Shown: one piece after another, positions 48,916 through 59,373 of the stretch
Layout of the letters: each line of letters starts with the position of its first letter
Position numbering within the stretch: the stretch's first letter is position 1
Origin: Candidatus Woesebacteria bacterium GW2011_GWB1_39_10
Lineage (GTDB): Bacteria > Patescibacteriota > Microgenomatia > UBA8517
Reading direction: 5' to 3'
Assembly (NCBI GenBank): GCA_000993205.1
Contig: LBVU01000002.1
Location: 28,250-92,249 of the forward strand
Length of the DNA stretch: 64,000 nucleotides
The notes under the pieces: generated by a model
Databases searched by the model: none
The model's input: only the letters and a program-made list of their open reading frames with translations
What the model was told of the DNA's origin: nothing
Program-made: the position numbers and the translations under genes

Positions 48916-48942
48916 CTTACATAATATATATTATGTAAGTAT
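48916..48942. promoter_or_regulatory. Second copy of the palindromic element (CTTACATAATATATATTATGTAAG, a 24-nt perfect palindrome) downstream of the TrpR-like gene.
   Basis: It is identical to the upstream copy across the 23-nt core. It may be a bidirectional terminator or an operator. Confidence 0.4.
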
Positions 48943-48953
48943 TTACAACTAAA

Positions 48954-49517
48954 TTAAATTGACAAAGTAATTAGGTTCCGTTGGGTTGTTTTATCACGGC
49001 GAAACGAAGGAAGGATTGGATCATCAAAGGTACATTTTGAGTCAATCGTTATATCTTCATTTTTAACTCCAAGCGAAACCAATTGCTGTCTTGCAACTTC
49101 ACTCAAATCCAAGAATGTACGACCACTGTTCAAGGTGACACCTTTGACGTATGACGAGAATTTGGAAGCAACGTCTTCTTTAACTTCGTAGTGTTCCGGA
49201 CAGATGTGTGGTCCGATAATGATTTTCAATTTTCCAGTTTCCATTTTCCATTGATTTTCCATTTTCTGAATTGTTTTGACGATGATTTCGTTCTCAAGTC
49301 CCCTCCACCCGGCATGAATAAGACCGATTCCTCGACCTTTTTCGTCAACTACAAAAATCGGTAAACAATCAGCAACACGAACGCCAAGAGTGACGCCGGG
49401 ATCACTTGTTATCATCGCATCGCAGTTGGGGATAGTTGTCCCAATATCTTTTTTACCAACCATAACGACATTATTTCCATGAATCTGTTGCATCAAAATA
49501 ACATCTTTCATTTTCAT
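48954..49517 (-). CDS. YfiH/PgeF (DUF152, laccase-domain) family protein.
   Basis: It has VADCLPIF and HAGWRG motifs. Confidence 0.7.
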   Translation of the reverse strand: MKMKDVILMQQIHGNNVVMVGKKDIGTTIPNCDAMITSDPGVTLGVRVADCLPIFVVDEKGRGIGLIHAGWRGLENEIIVKTIQKMENQWKMETGKLKIIIGPHICPEHYEVKEDVASKFSSYVKGVTLNSGRTFLDLSEVARQQLVSLGVKNEDITIDSKCTFDDPILPSFRRDKTTQRNLITLSI

Positions 49518-49526
49518 ATCATCCTA

Positions 49527-49556
49527 TTGTAAATCGTAAATCGTAAATTGTATAAT
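49527..49556 (+). promoter_or_regulatory. Candidate promoter for ppa: TTGTAA, an 18-nt spacer made of GTAAATC heptamer repeats, then TATAAT.
   Basis: -35 at 49527-32 and -10 at 49551-56. The ATG at 49566 lies 9 nt after the -10 box, so the transcript is leaderless or near-leaderless. Confidence 0.35.
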
Positions 49557-49565
49557 TGTCAGAAT

Positions 49566-50042
49566 ATGGATTTTAAAGCATTCATCGAAATTCCACTCAA
49601 CTCAAATATTAAATATGAGGTGGATGAAGAAACGGGAGAGCTTACAGTAGACAGATTCCTGCACACCGCAATGAGCTACCCCTTCAACTACGGTTATGTT
49701 AAGGGCACCAAAGGAAAAGACGACGATCCACTTGATGTTTGTATCTTTTCCTCCCTTCCCGTTACCCCCGGAGTAGTTATGAAATGCCATGCTATCGGAC
49801 TTTTGGAGATGGAAGACGAAGGCGGAATAGATACCAAAATTTTTGCCGTTCCCGATAAAAAAATAGATCCAATATTCGGAGTTTGGACAAATATTAAAGA
49901 TGTGCCGGAAATAATTTTATTAAGAACCAAACACTTCTTTGACCATATGAAAGAGCTTGAACCGGGTAAATGGGTTAAAACAGGAGAATTCAAAGATGCT
50001 CCTGAAGCTGAAAAAGAAATCGATGCTTCCAAAAATAAATAG
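49566..50042 (+). CDS. ppa: Inorganic pyrophosphatase (family I).
   Basis: It has PFNYGYVKGT and DDDPLDVCIF (the DGDPLDVLV-type motif). The ORF-track TTG start is at 49548 and the likely ATG is at 49566. Confidence 0.85.
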   Translation: MDFKAFIEIPLNSNIKYEVDEETGELTVDRFLHTAMSYPFNYGYVKGTKGKDDDPLDVCIFSSLPVTPGVVMKCHAIGLLEMEDEGGIDTKIFAVPDKKIDPIFGVWTNIKDVPEIILLRTKHFFDHMKELEPGKWVKTGEFKDAPEAEKEIDASKNK

Positions 50043-50049
50043 CAGTTCT

Positions 50050-50826
50050 ATGAAGAAAATTTTATTGACTTTGTCAGTTTTTGTTTTGCTTCTCGTCGTT
50101 TTTTCCTCTCCCGTTTCTGCAAATCATTCGTGGGGTGGATATCATTGGGCAAGAACTGCAAACCCTTTTACCTTGAAACTGGGAGACAATCTTTCTCCAA
50201 ATTGGAAGCCATTTTTGGCAACGGCGTCTGCTGATTGGTCTACATCTACCATACTTGATACAACAATTGTCACAGGGCAAGGCGGCAAAAACTGTAAGGC
50301 GACTAACGGGAGGGTTGAGGTTTGCAACAGAAAATACGGAAACAACGGTTGGCTGGGAATTGCCCAAATATGGATTACCGGCGGAGTACATATAACTCAA
50401 GGGGTAACCAAAATGAATGATACCTATTTCGGTAAGCCTGCGTACAATACACCAGCCTGGAAACAAATGGTTATGTGTCAAGAAGTGGGACACACATTGG
50501 GCCTTGATCATCAGGATGAGATTTTTGACAACTCCAATCTTGGAACCTGTATGGATTACACAAGCGATCCAAGCACAAACCAGCATCCCAATCAGCATGA
50601 TTATGATGAGTTGGATACTATATATAGTCACCTGGACAGTTTCACCACGATTGGCCAGGCTTCCGGACAGGTTACCAGACAGCTTGGACAACTCGCAGCA
50701 AACCAAGATCTTAACAATCCCGGAGAGTGGGGTAGATCAATACGGGATAATGGCAAGGTTGCCATATTTGAACGCGATCTTGGCTTGGGAAATAAAGTCT
50801 TCACATTTGTCATTTGGGCCAAATAA
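50050..50826 (+). CDS. Secreted zinc-metalloprotease-like protein (metzincin-like).
   Basis: It has a signal peptide MKKILLTLSVFVLLLVVFSSPVSA and QEVGHTLGLDHQ (a HExxHxxGxxH-like motif with Q at the first position). Confidence 0.4.
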   Translation: MKKILLTLSVFVLLLVVFSSPVSANHSWGGYHWARTANPFTLKLGDNLSPNWKPFLATASADWSTSTILDTTIVTGQGGKNCKATNGRVEVCNRKYGNNGWLGIAQIWITGGVHITQGVTKMNDTYFGKPAYNTPAWKQMVMCQEVGHTLGLDHQDEIFDNSNLGTCMDYTSDPSTNQHPNQHDYDELDTIYSHLDSFTTIGQASGQVTRQLGQLAANQDLNNPGEWGRSIRDNGKVAIFERDLGLGNKVFTFVIWAK

Positions 50827-50866
50827 TTTATTTCGCTCCTTCATTTTGCGATGATATACTAAATAA

Positions 50867-51478
50867 ATGCTTAAAATCATCTCCTGGTTATTAATTATTT
50901 TAGGGCTCGCTCTACTGATTTTTATTTTTGGTCCCGTTATTAAAGAAGAAACCAAATATAAACTTGGGCAAATTGCTAATGTTAAATATGTAATTGGTAC
51001 TGAACAGTTGGATACTTTTGAAAAACCGCTCACTCCTCCAAACACAGATTTCTCTGTAATTATCCCCAAAATTGGCGCCGTAGCCCCTGTTGTCGATAAT
51101 GTGGACGCTACAGACCCAAAACAATACCTTTCAGCTCTCAAAAAAGGTGTTGCCCATGCGACAGGAACTGGAATCCCAGATGAAATCGGAAATGTATACC
51201 TTTTTGCCCACTCAACGGATGCTTTCTGGAATGTTAGTTCATATAATGCCGTATTTTATCTAATAGGGAAACTTAAACCGGGAGATGAGATAGTTATTTA
51301 TTACCAAAACAGGTTAATAACATACCAAGTTTATGACAAGAAAGTAGTTAGTGCCGACTCGTCCCAATATTTGGGCACACTAACACCCGACGAAAAGACA
51401 TTAACACTCCAAACATGTTATCCGCCTGGAACAACTTTTGAAAGACTTATAGTACTGGCAAAGCAGACGAGCCCTTGA
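50867..51478 (+). CDS. Sortase (transpeptidase).
   Basis: It has an N-terminal TM, the His region VYLFAHST, the active-site LTLQTCYP (the TLxTC motif) and an Arg near the C-terminus. Confidence 0.75.
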   Translation: MLKIISWLLIILGLALLIFIFGPVIKEETKYKLGQIANVKYVIGTEQLDTFEKPLTPPNTDFSVIIPKIGAVAPVVDNVDATDPKQYLSALKKGVAHATGTGIPDEIGNVYLFAHSTDAFWNVSSYNAVFYLIGKLKPGDEIVIYYQNRLITYQVYDKKVVSADSSQYLGTLTPDEKTLTLQTCYPPGTTFERLIVLAKQTSP

Positions 51479-51526
51479 CATTGTGGTAACTGATAGTATA
51501 ATCACGACATAAAGATAAATATTGAT

Positions 51527-54500
51527 GTGAAAAAAACCTTATTTCAAAAAACAGCCTCATTCATTGCCACCATTGCGGTTTTAATTAATTCGTTTGGAGC
51601 CCCCCTGACAGTTATAGCTCAGGAAATTACCCCAAGTCCCACACCTGCTGAAACGAGTTCACCGACACCTGAGGCTACTGCTTCGACTGAGCTCACCGCT
51701 TCGCCTACTGCTCAGTCCGATGCAACACCCGCCGAAACTGCAAGTCCGACACCTGAAATTACCCCAACCCCGACTGATACAGTTACACCAGCCCCAACTG
51801 ATACTCCCATTGCAACACAAGCACCGGAAAGTAACCCTACGGTTCAAGGTCCTCCGGCTTCCGATCAACCAACTTCAAGCCCAACAGCAACCCCGATAGT
51901 GACACCTGCTCAGCCTGAAGTAGAGGGAAGTTTAACAACAGAGATAGTAGAAACAAATTTGTTCTCAGAAACACTTCAGGAAAATAGCTGGTTTAACCTT
52001 GTCACAGATAAACTTGATTATGCGCCCACTGAGGCCGCAGTAATTACCGGAACCGGTTTCGCGGCAGGGAAAACTTACAATCTAACGGTAAGTTCGGTAG
52101 ACGAACCGGCAACCACAACCACGGTTGAAGTAATCGCGGATCTAAACGGTTCATTTGCTTACGTTTACCAACTCGACGGCAACTACCGACCAAATTATTC
52201 GGTTGAAGTTAAAAGTGATGGAGTGATTGTTGCCTCAACGACCTTTACCGACTCGCCGGTTTCCGGCACCCTTCTAGACTCTGACGGAGCAAACGATGAA
52301 CCGGGACAAAAAGATTTAACCAAACTTTTTTTTGATTATACGAATATCCCCACCTCAATAAATATCGGGTGGGACTGGGACGACTCTGGTTTCTCTGGAG
52401 CAAACACGGGTGATGCCTGTGCATTATTTGACACAGACACTGATGGTTATGCCAATTATGCTCTTTGTGTTACTGTTGACAATGACCCGGCAACTTTTCA
52501 GACAACCAGTCTTTACTCCTGTAACGATACCCGTTCTGACAGATGTCCAAGCGAGGCGCCAATTTCCCTGTTCACTTCTACTTGCGGTGCCAATGTTCAG
52601 GCAACTGACCCCTTCCCCGGACCTCCAGCAGCTCAACAGGGCGATGATTATCCAAACGACTCTGTAGCCAGCTGCACCGCTCAATTATCCGAAGTGGGAG
52701 GAGCTTCGTCAAAACTACTTGATGTTTGTTCTTTTCCATCGTCAATTTCCCATTCTGACCCTTCGGACTGTATAGTTGCCTCGACAGCTTCTCAAACAGG
52801 ATTTTTGGAGGTTAAAAAAGTATTAGACCCCACAAGCGATACCGGGAAATTTGATTTGCAAATTGACGGAACTACTTACGCTTTTGACGCAACTCATAAC
52901 GGTACAACCGGAGAAAAAATTGTGGATGCTGACAGCCACACTGTCAGTGAAACCGCCGGAACAGGTACGACATTAAGCAATTACACTTCGTCAGTTGTTT
53001 GTAGAGATACCAATGGCACCGGGAGCGTAGTCTCAACTACGGGAAGTGCCCCTTCTTGGACAGTTGGCGTTGGAAACGGAGACGATATTGTCTGCACTAT
53101 CACAAACACTCTCCGGCAAGCACATCTTATCGTTGTAAAACATGTAATTAACGATAATGGAGGCACTGCGGTCGCCGGCAATTTTACTTTAGATTCAGGA
53201 GGAACCAACGACACCCCGGATAATTTTGCCGGAGTTGAATCACCCGGAACCGACGTCACACTTGATGCAGGTTCATATAACGTGACCGAGTCCGGCCCAG
53301 GTGGATACTCTGCAAACTATTCAGCAGATTGTTCCGGATCGATTTCGGCCGGACAAACAAAAACCTGTACAGTAACAAACGATGACCAAGCTGCAACCTT
53401 ACATGTTATTAAAGTAGTAACAAACGATAACGGTGGAACAAAAACATTTACTGATTTTTCATTCCAAGTAAATGGGGGTGGAGCAACCGCCTTTGAAGCA
53501 GATGGACAAAACGATCTTACCGTAAACGCAGGAACATATAGTGTGACAGAACCTGGAGTTGCAGGTTATTCTACAACTTACGATAACTGTTCAAACCTCG
53601 TTATTTCAAATGGGGGAAGTGCCACCTGTACTATTACCAACGATGATATTCAACCCAAACTCACACTTACAAAAATTGTAACAAACGACAATGGGGGGAA
53701 TGCGGTAGTTAACGATTTTCCGCTATTTGTAGGAGCAACCGGAGTTACAAGTGGTGTTCAAAACGGATTTGATGTCGGTAGTTATACCGCTTCTGAAACA
53801 AATCTTACAGGTTACACTGCAGGTTCATGGGGAGGGGACTGTGCAACTGATGGTTCAATTACGCTCGCTGCAGGAGATGTAAAGGCTTGCAGCATTACCA
53901 ACAACGACCAAGCTGCACACATTGTCTTGATTAAAAATGTCACAAATGACAATGGAGGTTCAGCAGGCGCAAACGATTTTGGGTTGACTGTTGGTAGTTC
54001 TTCTGTCACTTCGAGTAGTACAACTGATGTAAATTCTAACGTATCAACTACGTTAAACGAGACAGGTCTGGCCGGATATGATTTTGTTTCAATTACAGGA
54101 GACGCAAAATGTCCGGCTGTCTTGGGTGGAACGGTAACACTTAATGAAGGGGAAACCGTAACGTGTACCATAACGAATGATGATATTGCCCCAACACTTA
54201 AGCTTACAAAAAGCGTCACCAACGACAATGGTGGAACAGCAGTAGCCGGGAGTTGGACACTTGGAGCGGATGGTGATAGCGGATTCCAAGATTTGGGTGA
54301 TTCAACAACTTTCCATACAGTAAAAGCGGGTGTGAGTTACGCGCTTTCCGAGTCCGGATTAGCAGGGTATGCTCAAGACGGAAATTGGTCGTGTGATGGT
54401 GGTGATCAGAACGGGAGCAACATAGCTCTCGGGTTAGCGCAAGACATAATTTGTACGGTTACAAACAATGACATCGCCCCATCGCTTACATTAATCAAAG

Positions 54501-57500
54501 CTTTGGTGACCAACAATGGTGGAAACGACACGGAGTCAGACTGGACTTTGACTGCTTCCGGTCCAACCGGCTTCAGCGGAGTTGGGTCATCTATCAGTAA
54601 TGGTGCGTCTTTTTATACCGGAACTTACGACCTTTCCGAGTCGGGTCCCGGAGGATACATAGCCAGTAACTGGGTTTGTACAGGCGGAACACAAAACGAC
54701 GGCAATACCATAACTTTAAGTTTGGGGCAGTCCGCTACTTGTACCATTACCAACGATGATGTTCCTGCCAGTATTACACTCACTAAAGTGGTCCAAAACA
54801 ATTTTGGTGGAACAGCCGGAGTAGACGATTTCGGTCTATCGATAGGCGGAACGTCAGTCTCTTCCGGTCAAACATTAAGTGTCAATTCCAATAGTTCTTA
54901 TACCCTTAATGAAGCGGGATTGTCTGGGTATTCATTCGTTTCCCTAACAGGCGACGATCTTTGTCCGGACGTACTTGGCGGAACGGTTACTCTTGATGAA
55001 GGGGGAACTATCTCTTGTATAATCACAAACAGTGACGTTCAACCACAGCTGACAGTCATAAAACATGTAATAAATGATAATGGCGGAAGTTCTTTAGCCG
55101 GAGCCTTTACAATAAATGTAACAGGCACAAGTGTTTCAACCACCTCCTTCGGCGGATCAGAATCCGGAACGACAGTAACTTTAAATGCCGGTTCATATAC
55201 TGTCGACGAAGATCTGTTTGCGGGGTACTCAAAAACCCTTGGCGCAGACTGTTTTGGAACAATTGCGGTCGGCGAACACAAAACCTGTACTATTACCAAC
55301 AACGATATTGCTCCAACACTTACATACGTTAAATCAGTAACTAATAATTATGGTGGAACTCTTGGTGCAACTGATTTTCCATTATTCATAAATGGAAGTC
55401 AGGTCATAACTGGCACTCCAAATACTTTATTAGCCAATTACTTATACACTCTTACAGAAACTCAGCAAACTGGATATACCGGCGGTTATTTTACAGGTGA
55501 TTGCTCAGCCGATGGATCAATTGTTCTTTCAGTTGGGGACAATAAAACGTGTTATATAAGTAATACCGACGTTCAACCAAAACTCACAATTACCAAGGTT
55601 GTAATTAATGATGATGGTGGTACAAAAGAGATTACCGATTTTCCTCTTTTTGTAAACTCAACTAGTGTAAAAAGCGGTGTACAAAATGGATTCAACGCTG
55701 ATAGCTACACTGTTAGTGAGACAGGTATCTCAGGATATACATCCACAATCTCAGGGGACTGTACAGCAAACGGGTCAGTAACATTGGCTGTCGGGGATGT
55801 GAAATCTTGCGTCATTACCAACGACGATATTGCTCCTAGATTAACATTGGTAAAAACAGTGGTAAACGACAATGGCGGTGACAAGGTTGTTTCAGATTTT
55901 ATACTTAAAATAAACGACACATCTGTTATAAGCGGTGAAGAAAACATACTTTCTGCTGGAACTTATACAGCAAGTGAGATTGAACTGCCCGGGTATGCTG
56001 CAACTGTTTGGGGCGGGGACTGCAACAGAGACGGAAGCATTACTTTAAACCCCGGAGACAATAAGTCCTGCACAATCACAAACGATGATCAACCGGCAAC
56101 ACTACGTGTAGTAAAAGTTATTGATCCTGGAAATACAGGAGCAACTGAAAGTTTCGGTGATTTCTGGTTCGAGGTAAACGGGGGTGGAACATCCGCCTTT
56201 GAAGCAGACGGACAAAACGACCTGACCGTTGATGCGGGAACTTACAATGTTACAGAGAAGGGAGTTACCGGTTATTCAACTTCTTACGACAACTGTTCAG
56301 ACGTTGCTATTCCGAACGGAGGAGAGGCAACTTGTACTGTTACAAATACGGCGATTGCGCCAACACTGACTGTTATCAAAATCGTCGAGAACGGAAATAC
56401 AGGAGCGACTTTCAGCTCTTCCGATTTTCAAATGAAAGTTGACGACGCAAACGTTCCTCAAAACTCTGCACAAGATGAAACCATCGGCTCTCATACAGTA
56501 AGCGAATTGGGCCCTTCCGGATACACTTCGGTGTTTAGTGGAGATTGCAACACTGACGGAAATGTGACACTTGCCCTCGCCGATGACAAAACTTGCACTA
56601 TTACCAACACTGCTATTGACCCAACGCTAACTTTGATCAAAACGGTTGTAAACGATAACGGTGGACAAAAAGAAGTATCAGATTTTCCTCTTTTCATAGA
56701 TGACAACGGTGTAACGAGTGGTGAATCCCGTGTTCAAACAGTCGGTACGCACACAGCAACTGAGACCTCTGACGCAGGGTACACGGCTTCAGTTTGGGGT
56801 GGGGACTGTGCAGAGAACGGAACCATTACTCTTTCACTGGGCGACGATAAAATCTGTACAATTACCAACGATGATAATCCGGGAACCCTTATAGTCAAAA
56901 AAGTAATCGACGGTGGAGAAGCCAGTTTTCAAGATTTCTCATTCCAAATCAACGGGGGCGAACCAGTCGGTTTTGACTCGGAGGACGGTCAGAATGAGGA
57001 AACCGTAGACGCAGGGACTTATTCCGTTACAGAACCAAAGGTTGAAAATTATGTCACTTCCTACGACAACTGTACCAGAATTCAGATTGCAAACGGGGAG
57101 AGTGCAACTTGTACCATAACCAATATTTGGCAAAATCCTCAAATTTCAATCATTAAAGAGAACAACGCCGGCGGTGGGGTTGGCGCAGGGTCAACCGTAA
57201 TCTACACCATAAAGGTATCAAACAACGGTAATGTAAATTTTGATAACGTACTTGTAACCGACTTCTTACCCGGAGGATTTACGTATGTAGTCGGATCAAC
57301 GACAGGGGCAACATTTATCAACGTCCTTGGTTCAAAATTGACTTGGAATATTGACAACCTGGCACCGGAAGAAACTGCCACCATCACATATCAGGTTACG
57401 ACAAATTCCGCTCTAACCGACGGTGATTATAAAAACTTTGCAACCTGCCAAGCTACTTACAATGAAGAAGAAACAATAAGCTGCGACCAGGTAAATTCAA

Positions 57501-57679
57501 CTGTAAAAATCGGCCACGGAATTAGTTACGGCGGAAATTTGCAGGGTCAGGTCTTGGGAGCATCCACAGAACTTCCCGCAACAGGGAGCCCGACATTACT
57601 TTTGATCCTATCTTTAGGGTTACTCGGAACCGGATTATACTTAAAAGGTTACGACAAAAAACGAAATGTTAAAAATTAA
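51527..57679 (+). CDS. Giant (2050 aa) cell-surface protein with ~17 tandem ~95-aa repeat domains and a C-terminal LPATG cell-wall sorting signal; GTG start.
   Basis: It has a signal peptide and a Thr/Pro-rich N-terminal linker. The repeats read ...TNDD(I/Q)AP(T/K)LT(L/V)IK.V.NDNGG.... The C-terminus is GQVLGASTELPATGSPTLLLILSLGLLGTGLYLKGYDKKRNVKN, that is LPXTG followed by a TM helix and a basic tail. Confidence 0.8.
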   Translation: MKKTLFQKTASFIATIAVLINSFGAPLTVIAQEITPSPTPAETSSPTPEATASTELTASPTAQSDATPAETASPTPEITPTPTDTVTPAPTDTPIATQAPESNPTVQGPPASDQPTSSPTATPIVTPAQPEVEGSLTTEIVETNLFSETLQENSWFNLVTDKLDYAPTEAAVITGTGFAAGKTYNLTVSSVDEPATTTTVEVIADLNGSFAYVYQLDGNYRPNYSVEVKSDGVIVASTTFTDSPVSGTLLDSDGANDEPGQKDLTKLFFDYTNIPTSINIGWDWDDSGFSGANTGDACALFDTDTDGYANYALCVTVDNDPATFQTTSLYSCNDTRSDRCPSEAPISLFTSTCGANVQATDPFPGPPAAQQGDDYPNDSVASCTAQLSEVGGASSKLLDVCSFPSSISHSDPSDCIVASTASQTGFLEVKKVLDPTSDTGKFDLQIDGTTYAFDATHNGTTGEKIVDADSHTVSETAGTGTTLSNYTSSVVCRDTNGTGSVVSTTGSAPSWTVGVGNGDDIVCTITNTLRQAHLIVVKHVINDNGGTAVAGNFTLDSGGTNDTPDNFAGVESPGTDVTLDAGSYNVTESGPGGYSANYSADCSGSISAGQTKTCTVTNDDQAATLHVIKVVTNDNGGTKTFTDFSFQVNGGGATAFEADGQNDLTVNAGTYSVTEPGVAGYSTTYDNCSNLVISNGGSATCTITNDDIQPKLTLTKIVTNDNGGNAVVNDFPLFVGATGVTSGVQNGFDVGSYTASETNLTGYTAGSWGGDCATDGSITLAAGDVKACSITNNDQAAHIVLIKNVTNDNGGSAGANDFGLTVGSSSVTSSSTTDVNSNVSTTLNETGLAGYDFVSITGDAKCPAVLGGTVTLNEGETVTCTITNDDIAPTLKLTKSVTNDNGGTAVAGSWTLGADGDSGFQDLGDSTTFHTVKAGVSYALSESGLAGYAQDGNWSCDGGDQNGSNIALGLAQDIICTVTNNDIAPSLTLIKALVTNNGGNDTESDWTLTASGPTGFSGVGSSISNGASFYTGTYDLSESGPGGYIASNWVCTGGTQNDGNTITLSLGQSATCTITNDDVPASITLTKVVQNNFGGTAGVDDFGLSIGGTSVSSGQTLSVNSNSSYTLNEAGLSGYSFVSLTGDDLCPDVLGGTVTLDEGGTISCIITNSDVQPQLTVIKHVINDNGGSSLAGAFTINVTGTSVSTTSFGGSESGTTVTLNAGSYTVDEDLFAGYSKTLGADCFGTIAVGEHKTCTITNNDIAPTLTYVKSVTNNYGGTLGATDFPLFINGSQVITGTPNTLLANYLYTLTETQQTGYTGGYFTGDCSADGSIVLSVGDNKTCYISNTDVQPKLTITKVVINDDGGTKEITDFPLFVNSTSVKSGVQNGFNADSYTVSETGISGYTSTISGDCTANGSVTLAVGDVKSCVITNDDIAPRLTLVKTVVNDNGGDKVVSDFILKINDTSVISGEENILSAGTYTASEIELPGYAATVWGGDCNRDGSITLNPGDNKSCTITNDDQPATLRVVKVIDPGNTGATESFGDFWFEVNGGGTSAFEADGQNDLTVDAGTYNVTEKGVTGYSTSYDNCSDVAIPNGGEATCTVTNTAIAPTLTVIKIVENGNTGATFSSSDFQMKVDDANVPQNSAQDETIGSHTVSELGPSGYTSVFSGDCNTDGNVTLALADDKTCTITNTAIDPTLTLIKTVVNDNGGQKEVSDFPLFIDDNGVTSGESRVQTVGTHTATETSDAGYTASVWGGDCAENGTITLSLGDDKICTITNDDNPGTLIVKKVIDGGEASFQDFSFQINGGEPVGFDSEDGQNEETVDAGTYSVTEPKVENYVTSYDNCTRIQIANGESATCTITNIWQNPQISIIKENNAGGGVGAGSTVIYTIKVSNNGNVNFDNVLVTDFLPGGFTYVVGSTTGATFINVLGSKLTWNIDNLAPEETATITYQVTTNSALTDGDYKNFATCQATYNEEETISCDQVNSTVKIGHGISYGGNLQGQVLGASTELPATGSPTLLLILSLGLLGTGLYLKGYDKKRNVKN

Positions 57680-58565
57680 ATCAATCACCGGCTTATTTAT
57701 TTGCTCATTCGCTTATTTACTTATTTGCTTATTCGGTGTGAGGCCGGCCTACGCCTCAGTTCTTTCAATCCAAACTCTGCCTTCCTATATAAACACCAAC
57801 AACTTCAAACTTTCCTGTACTAGTGATGGGGGAACGTTCCAATTTGAGGTTAGTGTGCACGGCGGAGCATTTACGACTTTTGGACCGGTAATCAACACAA
57901 GTACGGAGCCTTGCATAGTTCAAGTCGATTCATCTATTGTAAACAGCCAGACCGACTATACATTCAGGATTGGTGGATTCACAACCTCAACTATTTATGA
58001 CACAAACGGTCCCGCCGCACCATCAGGATACTACAAAGAGGGTTTGAGTAATGGCTTCAAAATTCACTGGACCAACCCAAGCGACAGTGATTTTTCTAAA
58101 GTAAAAATCTACCGCGGTGAAACTGCTGACTTTTCTGCCGACAGTTCACATGAGATTACAACCCAACCCGGTGGAGCGGGGAGCCTAATGACTTACGACG
58201 ATATATTCGCAGTGGATTCTTCCAAAACTTATTTTTACGATCTAAGAGCAATTGACTATGCGGGAAATTCCTCTGATCTTGTGGGTGATGGATCTTCCAC
58301 AAGCTCAACAACAGTTACTACAGCCAGTCCTAAGGCCGGAACAGACAAAGTGACACAATTGCCCAAGGGAAACGGCGGTAGTGTCTTAGGAACCGAGACA
58401 AATGGCACTCCAACTCCTTCCGCCAGTCCCACTGAGATAGGAGGGCCAGTTAGCACCAATCCCGGAATCATGAAATGGATTCTGACACACAAAAAGATAT
58501 CTTTAGGGGTTGCTTTCGGACTTATAATAATAAGCTACCTGCTCTTCAGAAGGAAAAAATCTTAA
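57666..58565 (+). CDS. Surface protein with a signal peptide and a C-terminal TM anchor.
   Basis: It has an N-terminal signal, and a C-terminal hydrophobic helix plus RRKKS tail preceded by a Ser/Thr/Pro-rich stalk. Confidence 0.45.
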   Translation: MLKIKSITGLFICSFAYLLICLFGVRPAYASVLSIQTLPSYINTNNFKLSCTSDGGTFQFEVSVHGGAFTTFGPVINTSTEPCIVQVDSSIVNSQTDYTFRIGGFTTSTIYDTNGPAAPSGYYKEGLSNGFKIHWTNPSDSDFSKVKIYRGETADFSADSSHEITTQPGGAGSLMTYDDIFAVDSSKTYFYDLRAIDYAGNSSDLVGDGSSTSSTTVTTASPKAGTDKVTQLPKGNGGSVLGTETNGTPTPSASPTEIGGPVSTNPGIMKWILTHKKISLGVAFGLIIISYLLFRRKKS

Positions 58566-58629
58566 CCTATAATTTTGCCTCTTGACAAGCAGAGAAAGTA
58601 CCGCTATTATCCCATCATAGTTTTATATT

Positions 58630-59373
58630 ATGACTAAGTTTAACTCAGGCAAAGCATCTATTTTAGCTCTCACTTCCGCTTTTGCGGTCGCGGCTTTTTT
58701 TCTCGGAAAATCTTTTACTTTGATTCTAGCCTCTCCTGCCGGTGACGTTCCAAAAGCCTACTGTCATGCAGCTGGACTGACAGGAACCACCCACTTCAAT
58801 TATCACTACAATAAAGCTTGGACGGCCCACTTTTATGACAACGGAAGTCCTAAAGCAGGACACGAAGACGACTTTTACACATTAATCGGCGATAGAGATT
58901 GTGACGGTCAAGTTGACTCAACACCAACCCCTACCCCAACAGATTGTGACGGAGATTGCCCAACTGCAACCCCCGAACCAACCGATGACGTCTGTCCAAA
59001 TATCGAGGGTGTTCAAGACTCTGTCCCTGAAGGATATTTTGTAAATAATGATGATAACTGTGTCGAAGGGGAAGAACCAACTCCCGAGCCTACACCAACA
59101 CCAAATCCTGACGTTTGTGCAAATATCGACGGTGTTCAAACCGGTGTACCTAGCGGGTTACACATGGATGCCGGAAACGTCAACTGTGTTTCGTTCTCTG
59201 ATTCAAATCCTCCCGAAGTTCCATATACACCTCAGGGTCAAGTCCTTGGAGCCTCTACAATGGCAGGGACAGGGTCATTTGCTGAAAACTTATATATGGG
59301 TATAATGGGTGTAGGTGCAATTCTCACTCTTAAAGGCGCAAAGAACTTCAAAAAAGCTTTCAAAAAAGCTTAA
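58630..59373 (+). CDS. Surface protein and candidate sortase substrate with a variant sorting signal.
   Basis: It has an N-terminal TM/signal and a TP-rich linker. The C-terminus GQVLGASTMAGTGSFAENLYMGIMGVGAILTLKGAKNFKK parallels the giant protein's GQVLGAST-ELPATG-S, followed by a hydrophobic helix and a basic tail. Confidence 0.45.
   Translation: MTKFNSGKASILALTSAFAVAAFFLGKSFTLILASPAGDVPKAYCHAAGLTGTTHFNYHYNKAWTAHFYDNGSPKAGHEDDFYTLIGDRDCDGQVDSTPTPTPTDCDGDCPTATPEPTDDVCPNIEGVQDSVPEGYFVNNDDNCVEGEEPTPEPTPTPNPDVCANIDGVQTGVPSGLHMDAGNVNCVSFSDSNPPEVPYTPQGQVLGASTMAGTGSFAENLYMGIMGVGAILTLKGAKNFKKAFKKA

Noticed and set aside
50074-50706. A 210-aa minus-strand ORF antisense to the metzincin-like gene.
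   Set aside because: The opposite-strand gene has a signal peptide and a metal-binding motif. This ORF has a Cys/Arg-rich low-complexity translation.
51659-57387. Numerous short ORFs on both strands inside the 6.1-kb giant surface protein gene.
   Set aside because: They are all embedded in a continuous 2050-codon frame with a signal peptide and an LPXTG terminus, and are repeat-driven shadow ORFs.
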